From Eubacterium sp. (GTDB lineage: Bacteria > Bacillota > Clostridia > Lachnospirales > Lachnospiraceae), in NCBI GenBank assembly GCA_003520145.1, contig DOVJ01000072.1:1-25574 (forward strand): a stretch of DNA of 25,574 nucleotides, read 5' to 3'. The notes beneath the pieces were generated by a model. The model saw only the letters and a list, made by a program, of their open reading frames with translations. It did not search any database and was not told the DNA's origin. The stretch's first letter is position 1, and the number at the start of each line of letters is the position of its first letter. The position numbers were made by a program, and so were the translations under genes. This document shows, one piece after another, positions 16,408-25,574 of the stretch.

Positions 16408-18399
16408 TTACATACCAAGCATAGAAGCGAAATTAGCCTGCTGTGACTGCAGCTTAGACATCGCACTCTCCATCTTGGCGAACTTCTTATACCAGGTTTC
16501 CTCAGTCTTACTTAAGTATTCTTCCATATCGGTTATCTTCTTAGTATAAGAATCATAATCTTTCTTCATCTGCTTATCGTTATATACAGTATAAGCACTG
16601 CTCATAGTTGAGCCCTTCATCTTATCTGTAAGTGTATCATACAGATTAGTGGTAAGCTTCTGGAAGAATTCAATAGTCTTCTCTGGGTCACTTGCTATCA
16701 TAGCTTTGAGCTTATCAGCATTGCCTGATGTAGCATCATCATCGACATCACCATCGATATGATAAGCGCCCTTCTCATTCTCAGCCGCATTGAAGTAGCC
16801 AAGAGTCTTGATGCCGAAGCTTGCAAGATTCATCTTAACGCCGCCAACCTCAAAGGTCTGAGCCATAGCGCTCTTCATAGCAGTTGCAACATTGCCGAGA
16901 GTAGAATCTCTTCTAAGGAGAGCATCCTTAACCTTCTTCTCCCACTTCTCAACTTCGCCGTCAGATAAAGCTTCCTTCTCTTCATCTGTAAGAGGCTCAT
17001 AATCTCCAGCAGAAGCAGCATTGTAAGAAGCATCCATCGAATTGACAAGCTTGTTATATTCAGTGAGGAAGCTCTTGATCTGCTTATATACACCATCAAC
17101 ATCGGTATCGGTCGTTATAGTAACTTTCTCATCACCAGTTACCTGCTGAGCAGATATAGTGAGACCGTTGATTGAAAATGTATTGCTCTTGCCTTCATAC
17201 TTGGCACCATTGAGCCATATCTCAGCGTCAGAGCCATTGATTCTGACAGCCTGAGTACCTGAAGTATCAGTACTTGCAGTCTCAGCAAGCGCAACCTTAG
17301 CGGCAGCAATCTTGCCTGTTATATCATCCTCAACATCCTGACGGATCTTAGCATTCTCTTCATTAACCTTAGCTGACAAAGCATCAGGATCGTTAAGAAG
17401 CGCAGTATTATCCGATATCTTAGTCTCGTTCTCTGCTATAGTCGCGCGACTATTATCGATAGCTTTGTTAAGCTTGGCAATCTGCTCATCAATCGCAGTC
17501 CTATCCTCTTCAGTCAGTGTATCATTCGCCCTCTGCTCGGTGAGTCTTTCGATTTCCTTCTCATTAGCCTCGATGGACTTTGTAAGATTCTCGTTGGCAG
17601 CGGAAGCGCTTTCGTTCTCTTTGTTAAGCTTCTCGGTATAAGACTCTACAGTATAATACTTCTTACCTGCTATATCATCGATATAAGCAGTCAAAGCACC
17701 ATCAGGATTGCCATCAAGAGCGGCCAGCTTCTTATATTCAGCCTTATCCTTATCATTGACTGTAAAAAGTCCCATAGCCTTAAGTGCCTCTACACCACTG
17801 CTATTACCACCTGTTATGGTAAAATCAGCATCTGCACCGCTTGCTTTTGCATTCACAAAGAACCTCTGATTCGCTGCATCAAAGCTAGCGCCTACACCGG
17901 CAGACTTCATCTCTTTTACAAACTGGCCGATATTCATGTCTTCAGTGACAGTAATATCCGTGCCGTTAATATTAATCTTGGATCCCACAAGATCAGACAT
18001 ACCCTTGATAGATGAAAGCTTGCTGCTCTCAGTCAGCTTACTTCCGTCCTCAGCAGATATCTTTCCGCCGGTAAGGTAACCTGATTTTGCAAGTTTTGTA
18101 ACTCTAAGTGTCTGTGTACCGTTAACAGCATTCGTAGAACCACTTACAGTGGCCACTTTAGAATCACTTACAGTAACCTTCTTGGCATTGTAAGTACCAG
18201 ACAAACGCATGCTCGAAAGGCTCTTGGTATAGAAAGTATGAATACTCTTATTCATATCTTTCCAAGCGTCCATCTTCCATTCTTGTTTGATCTTGCTCTT
18301 AACCAGCTTATCCTTCTTGGTAGAATAAGCTGACATAAGCTCCTTAACAAGGGAGTCGGTATCCAGACCCGATATCATACCTGATAATTTAATTCCCAT
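16408..18399 (-). CDS. fliD: Flagellar filament cap protein FliD
   Basis: LSGMISGLDTDSLVKELM N-terminus, YEPLTDEEK, KKFAKMESAMSKLQSQ C-terminus. Confidence 0.95.
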   Translation of the reverse strand: MGIKLSGMISGLDTDSLVKELMSAYSTKKDKLVKSKIKQEWKMDAWKDMNKSIHTFYTKSLSSMRLSGTYNAKKVTVSDSKVATVSGSTNAVNGTQTLRVTKLAKSGYLTGGKISAEDGSKLTESSKLSSIKGMSDLVGSKININGTDITVTEDMNIGQFVKEMKSAGVGASFDAANQRFFVNAKASGADADFTITGGNSSGVEALKAMGLFTVNDKDKAEYKKLAALDGNPDGALTAYIDDIAGKKYYTVESYTEKLNKENESASAANENLTKSIEANEKEIERLTEQRANDTLTEEDRTAIDEQIAKLNKAIDNSRATIAENETKISDNTALLNDPDALSAKVNEENAKIRQDVEDDITGKIAAAKVALAETASTDTSGTQAVRINGSDAEIWLNGAKYEGKSNTFSINGLTISAQQVTGDEKVTITTDTDVDGVYKQIKSFLTEYNKLVNSMDASYNAASAGDYEPLTDEEKEALSDGEVEKWEKKVKDALLRRDSTLGNVATAMKSAMAQTFEVGGVKMNLASFGIKTLGYFNAAENEKGAYHIDGDVDDDATSGNADKLKAMIASDPEKTIEFFQKLTTNLYDTLTDKMKGSTMSSAYTVYNDKQMKKDYDSYTKKITDMEEYLSKTEETWYKKFAKMESAMSKLQSQQANFASMLGM

Positions 18400-18424
18400 A
18401 TTCGACCTCCATGTCTATTAAGTA

Positions 18425-18847
18425 TTATCTCTTCTCGTCTACCAGTATACCGGCCATCTCCCACATCTTAGCAAGCATATCAAGTGTCTTGTCAGCAGGG
18501 ATTTCCTTAACTACTTTGTCAGTTTCTTTGTCCTTAAGCTTAATTGTTATACGATGAGTTTCCTCATGATAACCGAATTCAGCCACAGTCTTATCAAGCT
18601 TACGGTTTATATCCTTAATAGCCTGCTTAATCGTAGCATCTGTCGGTTCCTTCTCCTGAGGATTCTGCTCATCCTTGCCATATGGATCAGCCTTGGAACT
18701 ACTTGACATCCTGTTAATAGGTTGAACTTCCATAGCGGCAACGTCCGCAGCATCCTGCTTAGTCGTACTCGTCGTATTAGATTGAGGAGCCTGGTACTGT
18801 GCACCCATCGTCTGGCTCATCGCACTCTTAACGCCTTCCATTGCCAT
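18425..18847 (-). CDS. flaG: Flagellar protein FlaG (start corrected to ATG 18847)
   Basis: FGYHEETHRITIKLKDKETDKVVKEIP...GILVDEKR; GGAGGTG RBS. Confidence 0.92.
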   Translation of the reverse strand: MAMEGVKSAMSQTMGAQYQAPQSNTTSTTKQDAADVAAMEVQPINRMSSSSKADPYGKDEQNPQEKEPTDATIKQAIKDINRKLDKTVAEFGYHEETHRITIKLKDKETDKVVKEIPADKTLDMLAKMWEMAGILVDEKR

Positions 18848-18922
18848 AATTATCACCTCCGTGTGAATAAAAACAAACTATCTGAAGAGGCACTCTGCCA
18901 CTTCATCTTATCTCTATCTTAT

Positions 18923-18949
18923 ATATCGGTAAGTCGCCTTAAGATATTA
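18923..18949 (-). promoter_or_regulatory. Sigma-28 (FliA/SigD)-like promoter for flaG-fliD-fliS
   Basis: TAAT, 15 bp spacer, ACCGATAT versus consensus TAAA-N15-GCCGATAT. Confidence 0.72.
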
Positions 18950-18956
18950 ACCCCTG

Positions 18957-19187
18957 TTACTTCGAAATCAAAGAATTAATATCAGCAATCTTAGCCTTAG
19001 CATCTGCTGTAGATGCTTCAGCGTTGGCTTCCTTTACATCCGAATAGATTTCTTTTCTATATACAGCAACATCACTTGGTGCCTTAACACCGATCTTTAT
19101 CTGCTCACCTTTTATATCGAGTATCGTTATCTCTATCTTGTTGTCAATAATAATAGTCTCATTCTTTTTTCTTGTTAATGCTAACAT
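18957..19187 (-). CDS. csrA: Carbon storage regulator CsrA (start corrected to ATG 19187)
   Basis: MLALTRKKNETIII...IGVKAPSDVAVYRKEIY. Confidence 0.95.
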   Translation of the reverse strand: MLALTRKKNETIIIDNKIEITILDIKGEQIKIGVKAPSDVAVYRKEIYSDVKEANAEASTADAKAKIADINSLISK

Positions 19188-19210
19188 ATCACACCTCACT
19201 ATCTTTTATC

Positions 19211-19241
19211 AAAACGAGCCTGTGCCAGGGGACACAGGCTC
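19211..19241 (-). terminator. Terminator-like hairpin between fliW and csrA
   Basis: GAGCCUGUG-N8-CACAGGCUC then GUUUU. Confidence 0.55.
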
Positions 19242-19259
19242 TTGATTATCATATGCGTA

Positions 19260-19715
19260 TTACTTGCCCTTCTTAGACTGAAGATAATCATATATGCCAT
19301 GCTTAACTTCATATTCCTCATTCTCGACAATAACCTGAATACCCTTCTTAGTTGCCGTATTGATGAGGATCGGTGCCTTAAGATTTACTGAGAGATTCTT
19401 AATGTCTATAGGTACTGAAACAGTACAGAATACAATAAGATCTTCATCAGAAAAATCGCCTATACCCTTGATAAGATCTTCTTCTACCTTAGGATCGTAA
19501 TTGTCAGTTACGAAAAGCGGATTAACAACCGGCATAGCAAAGCCTTCTTCATCCAGCGACTGAAGCCACATGATACCCTGTGTATCTTCCTTCTCGGAAT
19601 CATAGATGATTGCGAATTTCTTAAGATCATCGAAACCTATGATGCCGTTAGGAAATTCAATTACCTTGCTGTCATCGATCTCGATCTCGCCAAAATTCTT
19701 TGTGTTAATCTTCAT
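19260..19715 (-). CDS. fliW: Flagellar assembly factor FliW (start corrected to ATG 19715)
   Basis: INTKNFGEI, FPNGIIGF, WLQS, VNLKAPILIN; AAGGAGG RBS. Confidence 0.95.
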   Translation of the reverse strand: MKINTKNFGEIEIDDSKVIEFPNGIIGFDDLKKFAIIYDSEKEDTQGIMWLQSLDEEGFAMPVVNPLFVTDNYDPKVEEDLIKGIGDFSDEDLIVFCTVSVPIDIKNLSVNLKAPILINTATKKGIQVIVENEEYEVKHGIYDYLQSKKGK

Positions 19716-19760
19716 GTTGTCCTCCTTATCCAGGAACCCCCGTTCCCAATACATTATTAT

Positions 19761-21236
19761 TTATAAGAAGTCAAGTAATGACTGCCTTACCACTTTTGAT
19801 GCAGACTGCAAAGACGCATTATAAATCAGATTCGAAGACTTATAATCGATCGCTGCTTCCTCAAGATCTATATCCTCGTTCTCGGATTTAAGATCCTTGA
19901 TATTCGCCTGCTGCTCCACAAGACGCTGCTTTACAAGATCAAGCCTTATACCTCTTGTACCTATATCCGATATCTCAAAGTTAAGATCACTCTGATGATT
20001 CTGGAACTTAGTTATACTTGAGTCGAATAACTCCCTGACATATGTACGCTGTATATCCTTCTCCTTAGTAGCGCCCTCTATCATGGAATCTATGGCCTTC
20101 TGATTGCTTTCGTCCTTATATCTTATATCATCCTTCATACGCTTAAGCTTAGCAAGCTTATTCTCTATGGAATCGAGCTGACTAAGCGCATCGCTCATGA
20201 GGTCGATATCTGTACCTATGCGGTAACTAAAAGCATCACTGGCTTCGGTATTGACCTTAATCTTCTGACTGTAACTTATGTTATAAGTTATATCCTGACC
20301 ATTACTCTCTTTTATATATTCTATATCATCAGGACCCGTTTTGTCAATACATGTAAAGTAATGTTCGGGTTTTATTTCGCCCTTATTGAATCCCGTCTTG
20401 TCATAGGTTATCGACATATCCTTCGCCCAGTAAAGCGAATCATAAGCCTTAGCACCAAATACAAGTTCACCAGTATCCTTTATGAGCTTAACCTCATCAT
20501 CTCCTGCTATATAAGCATCCGGATCAGACGAATCCACCTGTGTTACAGCCATAGTCTTCTCGGTATCATCAGACGCATCCTTGTAGCTGATTGCAAGCTC
20601 AGACATATCATCAAGTCCGCTGTAAGCAAGCTTATATACGTTGACTTGATTAGCCTCCGGCATATTGCTGTTACTTATAAAAGCCACATTATCAGGATCA
20701 ACAGAATTGGTAAATGTTGTCTTTGAATACACTTCCTGCATATTAACAGGCTCAGTGATAGTATAAGACTTCTCATCGGCTATCTTCTGGTCTGTGAATG
20801 TCAAAGTTGATTCTGTCTTGTAACCAGAGAATATATATCTTCCGGCATAATCAACATTACCCTGATCATATATAGCACCCTTAAGCTCCTGCAAGCTGTT
20901 GGCAATCGACTTTCTGTTGTCGGTCTCGAAAGTATCGTTGGCACCCTGCGTACAGTAACCAAGAATATCTGTAAACATATCATTGGCCTTTGAAAGAGCC
21001 GCTTCAGTTATAGACATCCACTGCTCGGCATCCGGTATATTCTTCTCTATATAACGAGTTACATCTCCAAGGGATGTTCTGAATCTGAGCGCACGTATAG
21101 CTATGATAGGGTCATCCGAAGGACGGCTGATCTTCTTATAGGTCGCTAACTGTGTATCCAGTTTGCTCATTCTCGTTTTGTTCGTAGACAGATTCGCCAA
21201 CGAATTATTGATCATCATATTGTTGGTAATACGCAT
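19761..21236 (-). CDS. flgL: Hook-filament junction protein FlgL
   Basis: MRITNNM...KKISRPSDDP, GRYIFSG, C-terminal QSLLDFL. Confidence 0.95.
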   Translation of the reverse strand: MRITNNMMINNSLANLSTNKTRMSKLDTQLATYKKISRPSDDPIIAIRALRFRTSLGDVTRYIEKNIPDAEQWMSITEAALSKANDMFTDILGYCTQGANDTFETDNRKSIANSLQELKGAIYDQGNVDYAGRYIFSGYKTESTLTFTDQKIADEKSYTITEPVNMQEVYSKTTFTNSVDPDNVAFISNSNMPEANQVNVYKLAYSGLDDMSELAISYKDASDDTEKTMAVTQVDSSDPDAYIAGDDEVKLIKDTGELVFGAKAYDSLYWAKDMSITYDKTGFNKGEIKPEHYFTCIDKTGPDDIEYIKESNGQDITYNISYSQKIKVNTEASDAFSYRIGTDIDLMSDALSQLDSIENKLAKLKRMKDDIRYKDESNQKAIDSMIEGATKEKDIQRTYVRELFDSSITKFQNHQSDLNFEISDIGTRGIRLDLVKQRLVEQQANIKDLKSENEDIDLEEAAIDYKSSNLIYNASLQSASKVVRQSLLDFL

Positions 21237-21253
21237 AATGTCTCACTCCTTTA

Positions 21254-22768
21254 TCATACGCCCATCTCGTTGATAAGCTTATTATACATCTGATTCAGGA
21301 TACTCATCACATGACCGGCAAGATTGTATGCCTGCTGGAACTTCATAAGATCCATAGCCTCTTCATCTTCGTCCGTGCCCATAACCGAAAGTCTCTGATT
21401 CTGAACCGTCTCTGATATAGTCTTGAAGTTAGAATTAAAGGACTTCGCCTTGTTAGTATCAACCGAAACTTCTGATACGATACTCTCAAGATAATATCTT
21501 GCAGTAGTACCGCTGAAGCCGTCTATAGGACTCTCACGAAGACTCATGATATCATCAAGGAACGCCTGATTCGAATTATCGCTTCCCGGATACTTAGTAG
21601 GAAGCTTATCTGCATGCTCAACATAATAATCATTGATAGCAAGATTAGCTGCGCTCATAGGAGAATCGCTATACTTAACAGTGAAGATATCCCCAGGATT
21701 TTCACCTTCTTTGTTAACGCCCTTAGAAAACAGATCATTAACATAATCGGCAAACACAGTAGCAAATTTGTTAAGTCTCGTCTGATAGTAAGGTATACCC
21801 TTATAGTCAGAATTAAAAGTCGTCTCGGTGCTTACAGTCTTTGCAGGCTCTACCTCAAGAGTGTCGTTGTTACCGTCTCTTATATCGATGAGTGCCCTTA
21901 ATTCACCGCCGAGGGAATCCAGGTATTCGTTGAAGGTTACACCGTTCTCCCACTCTACCTCATAGAGGCTCTCGGCATCCGAAACATTTCTCTTATCATC
22001 GCGGCCTATAACCGCAAGGCGGTTGAAGTTGTAAGTATCTACAAGCTCCTGACCATTGATTCTCACGTCAAATGTAGTCGCGCCGTTGCCAAGTTCTCTC
22101 TCATCCACATCTATATTAACTATCTTAGACAGCTTGTCGATAAGCGCATCTCTGGAATCACGAAGGTCATTCGCACGAGAACCGTGAACCTCGATGACGT
22201 TGATCTGCTTGTTGAGAGTTGCGATGTTCTCAGCAATCGTATTGATCTGTTCAACCTTGTTCTTGATCTCCTGATTGACGCCTATCTGAAGGTTCTTGAA
22301 GTCAAGAGTAAGCTCGTTGAAGTACTCACTCATACTCCTAAGCGATGATATAACTCTGTTCTTCCTTGTATCATCAGTAGGATCCTTCTGAAGCTCATCT
22401 ACTGCGGCAAAGAAACTATCATACTCAGTAGTAAAGCCATCTATAGAAAACTCATTGAGATAATCCTCCATCTGAGTCATATAGTTATCCTTAACTTCAT
22501 ACTCACCAAGTCTTGACTGATTGTTGCGGTACTTCTCATCATAGTAAGTATCCCTTACACGCTCTATAGATACTGCGTTAACGCCCTGTCCAACGCAGCC
22601 ATAGGAGCTGTATACTCTAAGAGCATCTCCCGCCTTGATATCCACCTGCTGTCTCGAATAGCCTTCCGTCTTGACATTGGAGATGTTATGCGCGGTGGCA
22701 TTGACTGCGGTCTGATAAGTCTGCAAACCCGAATATGCTATATTTAATCCAAAGAAAGTTGATGCCAT
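21254..22768 (-). CDS. flgK: Hook-associated protein FlgK (copy 2)
   Basis: FFGLNIAYSGL...HNISNVKTEGYSRQ, ANDLRD, DEEAMDLMKFQQAY. Confidence 0.93.
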   Translation of the reverse strand: MASTFFGLNIAYSGLQTYQTAVNATAHNISNVKTEGYSRQQVDIKAGDALRVYSSYGCVGQGVNAVSIERVRDTYYDEKYRNNQSRLGEYEVKDNYMTQMEDYLNEFSIDGFTTEYDSFFAAVDELQKDPTDDTRKNRVISSLRSMSEYFNELTLDFKNLQIGVNQEIKNKVEQINTIAENIATLNKQINVIEVHGSRANDLRDSRDALIDKLSKIVNIDVDERELGNGATTFDVRINGQELVDTYNFNRLAVIGRDDKRNVSDAESLYEVEWENGVTFNEYLDSLGGELRALIDIRDGNNDTLEVEPAKTVSTETTFNSDYKGIPYYQTRLNKFATVFADYVNDLFSKGVNKEGENPGDIFTVKYSDSPMSAANLAINDYYVEHADKLPTKYPGSDNSNQAFLDDIMSLRESPIDGFSGTTARYYLESIVSEVSVDTNKAKSFNSNFKTISETVQNQRLSVMGTDEDEEAMDLMKFQQAYNLAGHVMSILNQMYNKLINEMGV

Positions 22769-22788
22769 CTGTCATCCCTCCATTACTG

Positions 22789-24468
22789 TCAGCCGCCCAG
22801 CTTATTCATAAGCTGTTCAAGCATCTCATTGACTGCGGTTATATATCTCGAAGAAGCATTGTAAGCGTTCTGGAATCTTATGAGATTCGTAAGTTCCTCG
22901 TCTGAAGAGACTCCAGCAACCTCCTGCCTTCGGCTGTCAAGTCCTTCTGTCATGCTCTTTTCTCCGGCCGTCATATCCTTCATGAGTTCGCCTGTAAGAG
23001 CCAGATCATATATAACACTGTTGTAGAAAGTTTCATAATTCTCCTTCGCATAAGTCGAAGGATCGAATATAAGCTTATCCGTTCCCCACAGATCAAGAAG
23101 CTCTTCAGTCTTGGTGAATTCCTCTTCACCAGTCTTACTTGTGAGAGGTATCTTACCTACATCATCAAGCACAACCTGATTAACTTCGAGATTTGCTATG
23201 GTGTACTTGGACTCGTTACCAAACACATTAGTGTTGTTGCGCATATAATAGGTATTGCCATCAGCGCCGGTAACCTTTTTATATCTGTCTGTTGAGGTCC
23301 TCTTAAAGAGTTCTTCACCAACCGTCTTGTCCTGATCCATACCATAAGAGGTCTTGTCCATATCGAGGAAAGAACCGGTAACAGTAGTACCATCCTCCAG
23401 AGTAACAGTCATCTCTTTTTCAGGACAAAGGACATTGTTTATATCCTCAACAAGAGTATTTACAAGTTTATCAAAGTTAGCTACAGTTTTCATAAGGATT
23501 GACTTGTTGATAACTCTCTCAAGATATTCCTTATCACTATCGCCCTGTATATCTTCATAAGTCGGAAGACCTTCGCCTCTCGCAAGCAAGAGTCCCTTAA
23601 GCTTTCCTATATCGTTGTTCTTACCGGTAGCGATATCGTTACGTATCTCAAATACATCCTGTCCCGATATCTCCCACACAGGCTTTGTAAGGTTCGTACC
23701 CTCAATAGGGCTTAAGACTATATCAAAGCTCATGCCCGTAGAAACAAGAGTATTGCCTTCTAGCAGAACTTCTACCGTTCCATCTCTTTGCTCGCTGTAA
23801 GTAATCTTTGCAAGAGAGCCAAGAGAATCGAGAAGTTCATCTCGCTGGTCGCGAAGATCATTCGCATGCTCGCCGCCGTTTTCTATCTTGAGAATCTCTT
23901 TGTTGAGAGCATTGATCTTCTTCGCATAATCGTTGATATCAGCAACCATATTCTCTATGTTCGTATTAAGAGTCTGCTGATATTCCGACAAAGACTTTCT
24001 TATCTCCTTAGCCCTGTCGACAAATGCTACGGCACTCTGTACTAAAGAGGTACGAGCCACAGCATTCATAGGGCTGAGCGCTAACTCGTTAACAGACGAC
24101 TTGAGATTAGTCATAATCTCCTGAAACTTAACACCTGTAAGTTCACCAAACTGTGATTCAACCTCATTGACAACATCGTACTGGCTCTCATAAAAGCCAA
24201 GTCTTCCCATCTCAAGTCTGTAAGAAGCATCCAGAAACTCGTCCCTGCATCGTCTCACTTCCTGAACGTTAACACCTAATCCGCTGACGATAGGATTTAT
24301 ACTGTTGCCTCCCACAGTATCATATGGTGCATCACTGAATACCACCTGTTGCCTGGTGTAGCCTGTAGTGTTCACATTTGTAATATTATGAGAAGTAGTA
24401 TTGATAGCGTTCTGGGAATTATGCAATCCAGATACACCTATATACAATCCACCAAATCCATTCGCCAT
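22789..24468 (-). CDS. flgK: Hook-associated protein FlgK (copy 1)
   Basis: GLYIGVSGL...HNITNVNTTGYTRQ, ANDLRDQRD, GVSSDEELTNLIRFQNAYNAS. Confidence 0.93.
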   Translation of the reverse strand: MANGFGGLYIGVSGLHNSQNAINTTSHNITNVNTTGYTRQQVVFSDAPYDTVGGNSINPIVSGLGVNVQEVRRCRDEFLDASYRLEMGRLGFYESQYDVVNEVESQFGELTGVKFQEIMTNLKSSVNELALSPMNAVARTSLVQSAVAFVDRAKEIRKSLSEYQQTLNTNIENMVADINDYAKKINALNKEILKIENGGEHANDLRDQRDELLDSLGSLAKITYSEQRDGTVEVLLEGNTLVSTGMSFDIVLSPIEGTNLTKPVWEISGQDVFEIRNDIATGKNNDIGKLKGLLLARGEGLPTYEDIQGDSDKEYLERVINKSILMKTVANFDKLVNTLVEDINNVLCPEKEMTVTLEDGTTVTGSFLDMDKTSYGMDQDKTVGEELFKRTSTDRYKKVTGADGNTYYMRNNTNVFGNESKYTIANLEVNQVVLDDVGKIPLTSKTGEEEFTKTEELLDLWGTDKLIFDPSTYAKENYETFYNSVIYDLALTGELMKDMTAGEKSMTEGLDSRRQEVAGVSSDEELTNLIRFQNAYNASSRYITAVNEMLEQLMNKLGG

Positions 24469-24479
24469 AAAATCACCCT

Positions 24480-24989
24480 CTATTGCTTAGCATCGAACTT
24501 CTTGCTCGCTGCGTTCATATCAGCAACATCTGCCTTTCCATAATCTGCTGTCATAGGCTGCATCCTTGAAGCCTGTGCCAGGTTAATCTCAAAGTTGATC
24601 ATATCCATGGTCTCAGCGATCAACTGACTGTTAGTCATATTCACTCTTTCCACCATGGAAAGCGTCTTCTTGAGAGCCTTAAAAACTTCCGTAAGTCTCT
24701 CATATTCACCTTTTTGATTTCTGATAGCTGTAGCTATGTCCTTAATAGTAACATTCTTAGTATCAAGAGCAAGCACATCAGCTATATCCTTAGCCAATTC
24801 TTCTCTTTTCTTATCGAGGTTATTCACATGCTCTATGATAAGCTGTTCCTTACCAACTATATCCGAAAGCCCCTCAAGATCATTCTTAACGATAAAAGTC
24901 GTCTTTTCTCTTGCAATATCTATATAGGCTTCATAGATCTTATTCTCGCCGTCAAGAACCTCTATAAGTTCATCAATCAAACTTGCCAA
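24480..24989 (-). CDS. flgN: Flagellar export chaperone FlgN (TTG start)
   Basis: Helical protein between flgM and flgK; N-terminal ASLIDELIEVL, C-terminal FDAKQ. Confidence 0.85.
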   Translation of the reverse strand: MASLIDELIEVLDGENKIYEAYIDIAREKTTFIVKNDLEGLSDIVGKEQLIIEHVNNLDKKREELAKDIADVLALDTKNVTIKDIATAIRNQKGEYERLTEVFKALKKTLSMVERVNMTNSQLIAETMDMINFEINLAQASRMQPMTADYGKADVADMNAASKKFDAKQ

Positions 24990-25008
24990 ATCCGCTTACC
25001 GCCTTCCT

Positions 25009-25272
25009 TTACAGGTTGCCTACTAACTTATCTGCGACATCTTCTATAGAGACGTTGTAACTATTAGAAGAAAGCATAGCCTTAATATCAGCCACCTTAG
25101 CTTCTCTGATATCTGGTGTCTTGGCAACGGCACTTCTTGCCACCTGGTAATCCATACCGAATCTTGATATCTCTACCTTGTCAAGACTCCCCGACTTAGC
25201 AACAGTCTGAGGCTTATACACGCCCTTCTTTCCATATACTCCTGTCACAGAACCAAAAGAGTCTATTCTCAT
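25009..25272 (-). CDS. flgM: Anti-sigma-28 factor FlgM
   Basis: DKVEISR, PDIREAKVADIK...SYNVSIEDVADKLV. Confidence 0.93.
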   Translation of the reverse strand: MRIDSFGSVTGVYGKKGVYKPQTVAKSGSLDKVEISRFGMDYQVARSAVAKTPDIREAKVADIKAMLSSNSYNVSIEDVADKLVGNL

Positions 25273-25319
25273 AATGATCCCTCCATTCTAACAAACATAT
25301 TTTTACTTTGCTATAAAGG

Positions 25320-25346
25320 TTATCGGATACTTTTTTTATTAATTTA
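25320..25346 (-). promoter_or_regulatory. Sigma-28 (FliA/SigD) promoter for the flgM operon
   Basis: TAAA (25346-25343), 15 bp spacer, TCCGATAA (25327-25320). Confidence 0.82.
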
Positions 25347-25417
25347 GCCTTTTGGGGGAAAAAAAAGAGGAAACTGCTTATTGGCGTCAACGGCCGCTTG
25401 CAATCATAGATTCAAGT

Positions 25418-25574
25418 CCCGCTGCCTGAAAGGAGACAAGAGGCCCGAATCAATCAGCGAAAATCGAGTTTTTCTCTAATCCCGCTGTCATAAAAGGGCC
25501 AATACACCAGAAAAAGACAGCGAAAATCATGGATTTCTCAAATTTCGCTGTCATAAAAGCACCAATACACCAGA
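25418..25574. repeat. 63-bp tandem repeat with internal inverted repeat, truncated by the window end
   Basis: 25455-25511 vs 25518-25574 match at 48/57 positions without gaps; YYCGCTG recurs at 25418, 25481, 25544; internal GACAGCGAAA...TTTCGCTGTC. Confidence 0.8.

Noticed and set aside
25418..25574. CRISPR array interpretation of the terminal repeat
   Set aside because: The would-be spacers are themselves repeated and the repeats are degenerate; no cas genes in the window.

Overview
The window looks like the chromosome of a Lachnospiraceae/Clostridia-like Firmicute, with almost all genes on the minus strand. In transcription order (right to left): (1) a 63-bp palindromic tandem repeat cut by the window edge; (2) a late flagellar block with two sigma-28-like promoters (flgM-flgN-flgK-flgK-flgL-fliW-csrA, then flaG-fliD-fliS and a FlgN/FliT-like gene); (3) mtnN and a tightly coupled exosortase XrtG / Firmicu-CTERM cluster encoding a GT-C-like membrane protein, two Cys-less QueD-like proteins, the CTERM substrate, XrtG, a processive GT2 and a possible degenerate-GGDEF membrane protein, ending in an ExbB/ExbD-like ion-motor pair with no TonB in the window; (4) a self-contained unit of sigma-A promoter, c-di-GMP-I riboswitch, regulated terminator, about 100 nt of ORF-less RNA and a second terminator, i.e. 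a candidate c-di-GMP-controlled sRNA; (5) a two-gene accessory unit (zinc-ribbon membrane protein plus an AT-rich transglutaminase-like lipoprotein); (6) a HisJ-family PHP phosphatase on the plus strand, a phospho-sugar mutase with a CsrA-type hairpin in its leader, and the first codons of gap. The best leads are the riboswitch-driven ORF-less RNA and the flagellar-linked exosortase/glycan cluster with its own ExbBD-like motor. All family calls come from motif recognition by eye; no searches were run.
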